Positions 60,871 through 64,000 of a stretch of DNA of 64,000 nt are shown piece by piece. The translations under genes were made by a program, and so were the position numbers. This DNA is from Psilocybe cubensis (Eukaryota), in contig CM039007.1 of assembly GCA_017499595.2 (NCBI GenBank), positions 1,798,001 to 1,862,000 of the forward strand, written 5' to 3'. Each line of letters begins with the position of its first letter. Within the stretch, counting starts at the first letter, position 1. The notes under the pieces are model-generated. The model had not been told where the DNA came from. It saw only the letters and a program-made list of their open reading frames with translations, and did not search any database.

Positions 60871-61804
60871 TTATGGCTCGCGAGCGCTTCGAATTGACAG
60901 GGGCATGTGCCACAACTGCGCCGTTTTTGTCCAGCTCCACGCTTCCGGGAAAGGGCCCAGGTCCAGGGGGCGGCGGTATAGTGCAACCAGAAGAAACGTA
61001 GCGCTGCTGGTAATTTGCGTACTGTTCTAGCTCTTCGTAATAAGCATCGTACAGTACCTCGAGCTCTTCCTCTATCGCATTTCTGTGCGTTTTGCAGAGA
61101 ACGATCGGCGGTTGATCAGATTTAGATCCAAGAGATATTGCGAAGACATGGCAAAGGAAGAAAAAAAACAAAAAGCCTGGTCAGCAAAACGTGTCTGACA
61201 GGGAACGAGAGATGAATAGAAAAAGAAAAAAGAAAAAAGCGCTACCGATCGAGCTCGAAAGCAATGTGGATGGTGGAAAAAAAATGGGGAATGGAAAGGA
61301 TACCAACCGCTTCCTGCCACAAACGGCACAAGAGCAGCTGTGTTTCTGCTGTTCTTTCATTTTCTTGAGCACAGTGTCCTTTTCGATCTTGACGAGGTTG
61401 CGGCGCTCCTGCTCGCCGAGACCGAGCCAAAAGTCCTTGATACGCTCGCGCTCTTCGGTGGTGGAAGTGCTCCATATCTTATTTGCATTGGCTTTGCCCT
61501 TCTGCGCAGCTGTCGGACCCGAGGTTGTAGAGTTCTGACTGCCCGCGGCGCCGGATGCTGACCTGGATTTGTTGACTGAGCCAGAGTTGGATGTCGGGGG
61601 CGATGGATGGCGATTCTGGGGTTGCTGCTGCTGCTGCTGGCTGTATACGGGAGCCTTTGAAGCGGCGCGTGCGCTCTTTGGCTGCTGCTGGGGCGTTGTG
61701 GTCTGGGGCTGGGGAGCCTGGTAGTTCATCGGTTTTTTGCCGATGGACACAGAGGAAGGTGGCACTGGCTGGCCTGTAGGCGGATTCGTTCGACTGACGG
61801 GCAT
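57960..61804 (-). CDS. NST1: Stress response protein Nst1 (5' end uncertain)
   Basis: [65 protein letters not shown] and [19 protein letters not shown], then an E/K/R coiled coil and a Pro-rich tail. Confidence 0.92.
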
Positions 61805-62993
61805 GGCAGGAGGACAACCTGAAAACTATTGGTCAGCTCCGTTCAAATTTACCTTTCATGCCCTAATTCCCCGTCTTTTTCCTTTTATGGCCGCTTTTAT
61901 CGGCAAAATCGGGCGCAGTTTCCTTGTTTGGTGCGATTTTCGTGCTCTTTTTTGTCGCCGTCGTTTGCTTATAATATTCCAGACACTTCCAGCACCGCTT
62001 GTGCGACTTGTAACAAAGATTACTACGCCAACCCTTGTATTTTTATCAACCATCCATGCGCTGGCATCCATCCCGCTGACCCGTACCACTGCCCTTATTT
62101 TAACATCTCCGGCTGCCACATGACATCAGGGGCGTCGTGGGCCCTGGTAGTTTATAAAAGGGATGTCTGTACAAATGTTTCTTTCAGCTTCTTGTCTCGT
62201 TTCAAGTCCATGTTCGGCGCTAATTTTCAAGAAAACGTGGCCACATATGCGTCCACACCTCGGTCAACGCACGAAGCTTCGAGTCTAACTTGTTTTACGC
62301 TGGGATCCGCGGCCGTGCAAAACTAAAGGGGAGCTTACCACGTTGGTGTTCACTCAAAGCACGACTGCTGGTCGATTCGTTGCCCTTATCCGTCTGCTTC
62401 ACTCGATGTATATCAGTTACTTCCTATGAATCTGCGAATCAGACAAGACAAGACAAGACCTTTCCTTGTGGGACTACTCTTACCTGCTGGATCGGGTGAG
62501 TTGAGGCACAAGTCGGAGTCCGACCTGATCGTTACGCTTCCTTACCAGCCAAACTACACGTTCACTCTACGCCCCCGGACCGGTGCGCACAATAGGCAAT
62601 GGCTACTGAGTCCACTCCTGACATATCTTCACTGGCATGAAACTCCAAGACGCATTCATGCGCTTCTCCGACGGCAATGCCCGCACGATCCCGCTACTAT
62701 CACCTAAAGAGCTTCAAACGACACTGTTTAATCAGTTAGTGGGACTATGACACAGATGCGTTTCATTTAAACTTCATTTCGTCTCAAGGTGATCTCCTGT
62801 GTAGGAGTTGAGGACGGGATGTCTATTTATAAGAATTCTGGATATTAAATGTGGCTAGCTCTAGCTCTTGATCTTTTTTCTCTTCTTTGCATTTCTACAC
62901 TCGCCAGCACTAGCTGTATCCTCTGCGGGAACCTACGGCTTTGTTGACATCATAGGCATTTATGCTGTCGACAATACAATACTCTGAATAGAA

Positions 62994-64000
62994 ATGTCAT
63001 GGAGTATCTACTCTGATCTCAGCATTCCATCCTCCACTATGTTTTCAACTACATCTGCTTCCCACACAGCACCAGCACGTTCCCCATCATCATCCATACG
63101 CAACCCCTCTCCACATATCCTGGTCAAATCCACACTCGGCTCCCATGCGTCCCAATCTGAATCACTTATCACGAATCTTTCCTCTATCCTCGCAGGCGGG
63201 ACACCCACCGCCTCCACTTCCATCCACACCAGCAACACCAAGTCTACTATTATCACTAACACCCCAACCCCTGCTGCAAACAACCACCCAATTACGCGCA
63301 CGGTGTATGCAGGCGTGATTGTAGGCAGCGCGATTGGCGGGTTGGGGGTTGTGCTTCTAGTGGTTATTTTAGTGGTATCGACAAAGAAACGGGGGAGGAG
63401 ACGAACATCGAGTGATTCTACAGATTTGGGAATGACAGGGGCACGCGGGCTGTGGATGTGGATGAAAAATCATTGTATGTGGTTTTTGTATCCATGTTTT
63501 GCTATTCGTGATGATGCTTTTATTCACTTCTATTTCCGTTTCTTTTCAATATCGTGTCTGTCTTTATTATACCGTACTGTTTTGTATATGTTGTCTCCAA
63601 CCAAACTCAAGACCATCCAAGTCGTTCGGCACGGACTCGGCACACCGACATTTCACCGTTCTTCCTCTCGTCCTCGCCAGGAACGGCAGGAGCAACTGCA
63701 CATGGCCCCTCCTCCCGTACGACGTCTGCATCCGAGCGCGCTGCAAAATATCTTCGCATTCAAGGCGCAAGTCACGGTCTTGTACAGAATCTACACAGTG
63801 AGCCAGAAGGTGGTCAAGGTCGCGCCGCTGTGGGTAAATACCAGGTCAGGAATCGTACAACTGCGAATCCTGGTGTCGCTGATGACAGCGAGTCTATACC
63901 CTTACCTCCTGGTTTATCTCAGCCTCAGCCAGTGATGGGTGGGGGAGGGGGAGGGGTGTCCATGGAGGGCGCTGGCGCTAATCAGATGGTTGAGGACTCA
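62994..64000 (+). CDS. Ser/Thr-rich single-pass membrane protein (Mid2/WSC-like architecture), partial; runs off the window
   Basis: S/T-rich stretch, then TM VYAGVIVGSAIGGLGVVLLVVILVV and basic KKRGRRR. Probable intron from GTATGT at about 63475; a downstream frame stays open to 64000. Confidence 0.55.

Noticed and set aside
61829-62326. ORF listed on the minus strand (MVSSVQIY...)
   Set aside because: The peptide actually translates from the + strand (TTG GTC AGC at 61829), so the label looks wrong. It shows no protein-like features either way.

Overview
Eukaryotic, intron-rich fungal DNA; the short GT-AG introns, CTRAC/CTAAT branch sites, micro-exons and gene families point to an agaricomycete basidiomycete. 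Left to right: ALO1-type lactone oxidase (-), atypical Hsp70-like ATPase (-), Cbp6/UQCC2-like assembly factor (+), NOC2 (-). An accessory stretch at about 12.5-19 kb holds a truncated or chimeric NACHT gene (-), a 1.2-kb fold-back element, an F-box-like gene (+) and a GTGAC motif cluster. Then an APC amino-acid permease (+) and a degenerate phosphopantetheinyl-transferase-like gene (-). Next is an intact 8.36-kb Ty3/Gypsy chromovirus (-) with identical 261-bp LTRs, a CGTGA target-site duplication and a single 2563-aa ORF carrying two uncharacterised extra regions. After it come four GPI-type GH79 paralogues, a 2OG-Fe(II) dioxygenase (-), ornithine aminotransferase (-) with a long fold-back last intron, peroxisomal acyl-CoA oxidase (+), a DPBB/expansin-like secreted protein (+), NST1 (-), and a Ser/Thr-rich single-pass membrane protein running off the end. 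Gene models were spliced by eye and no searches were run. Best leads: the retroelement's extra domains and non-tRNA priming region, the pseudo-PPTase, and the structured OAT intron.
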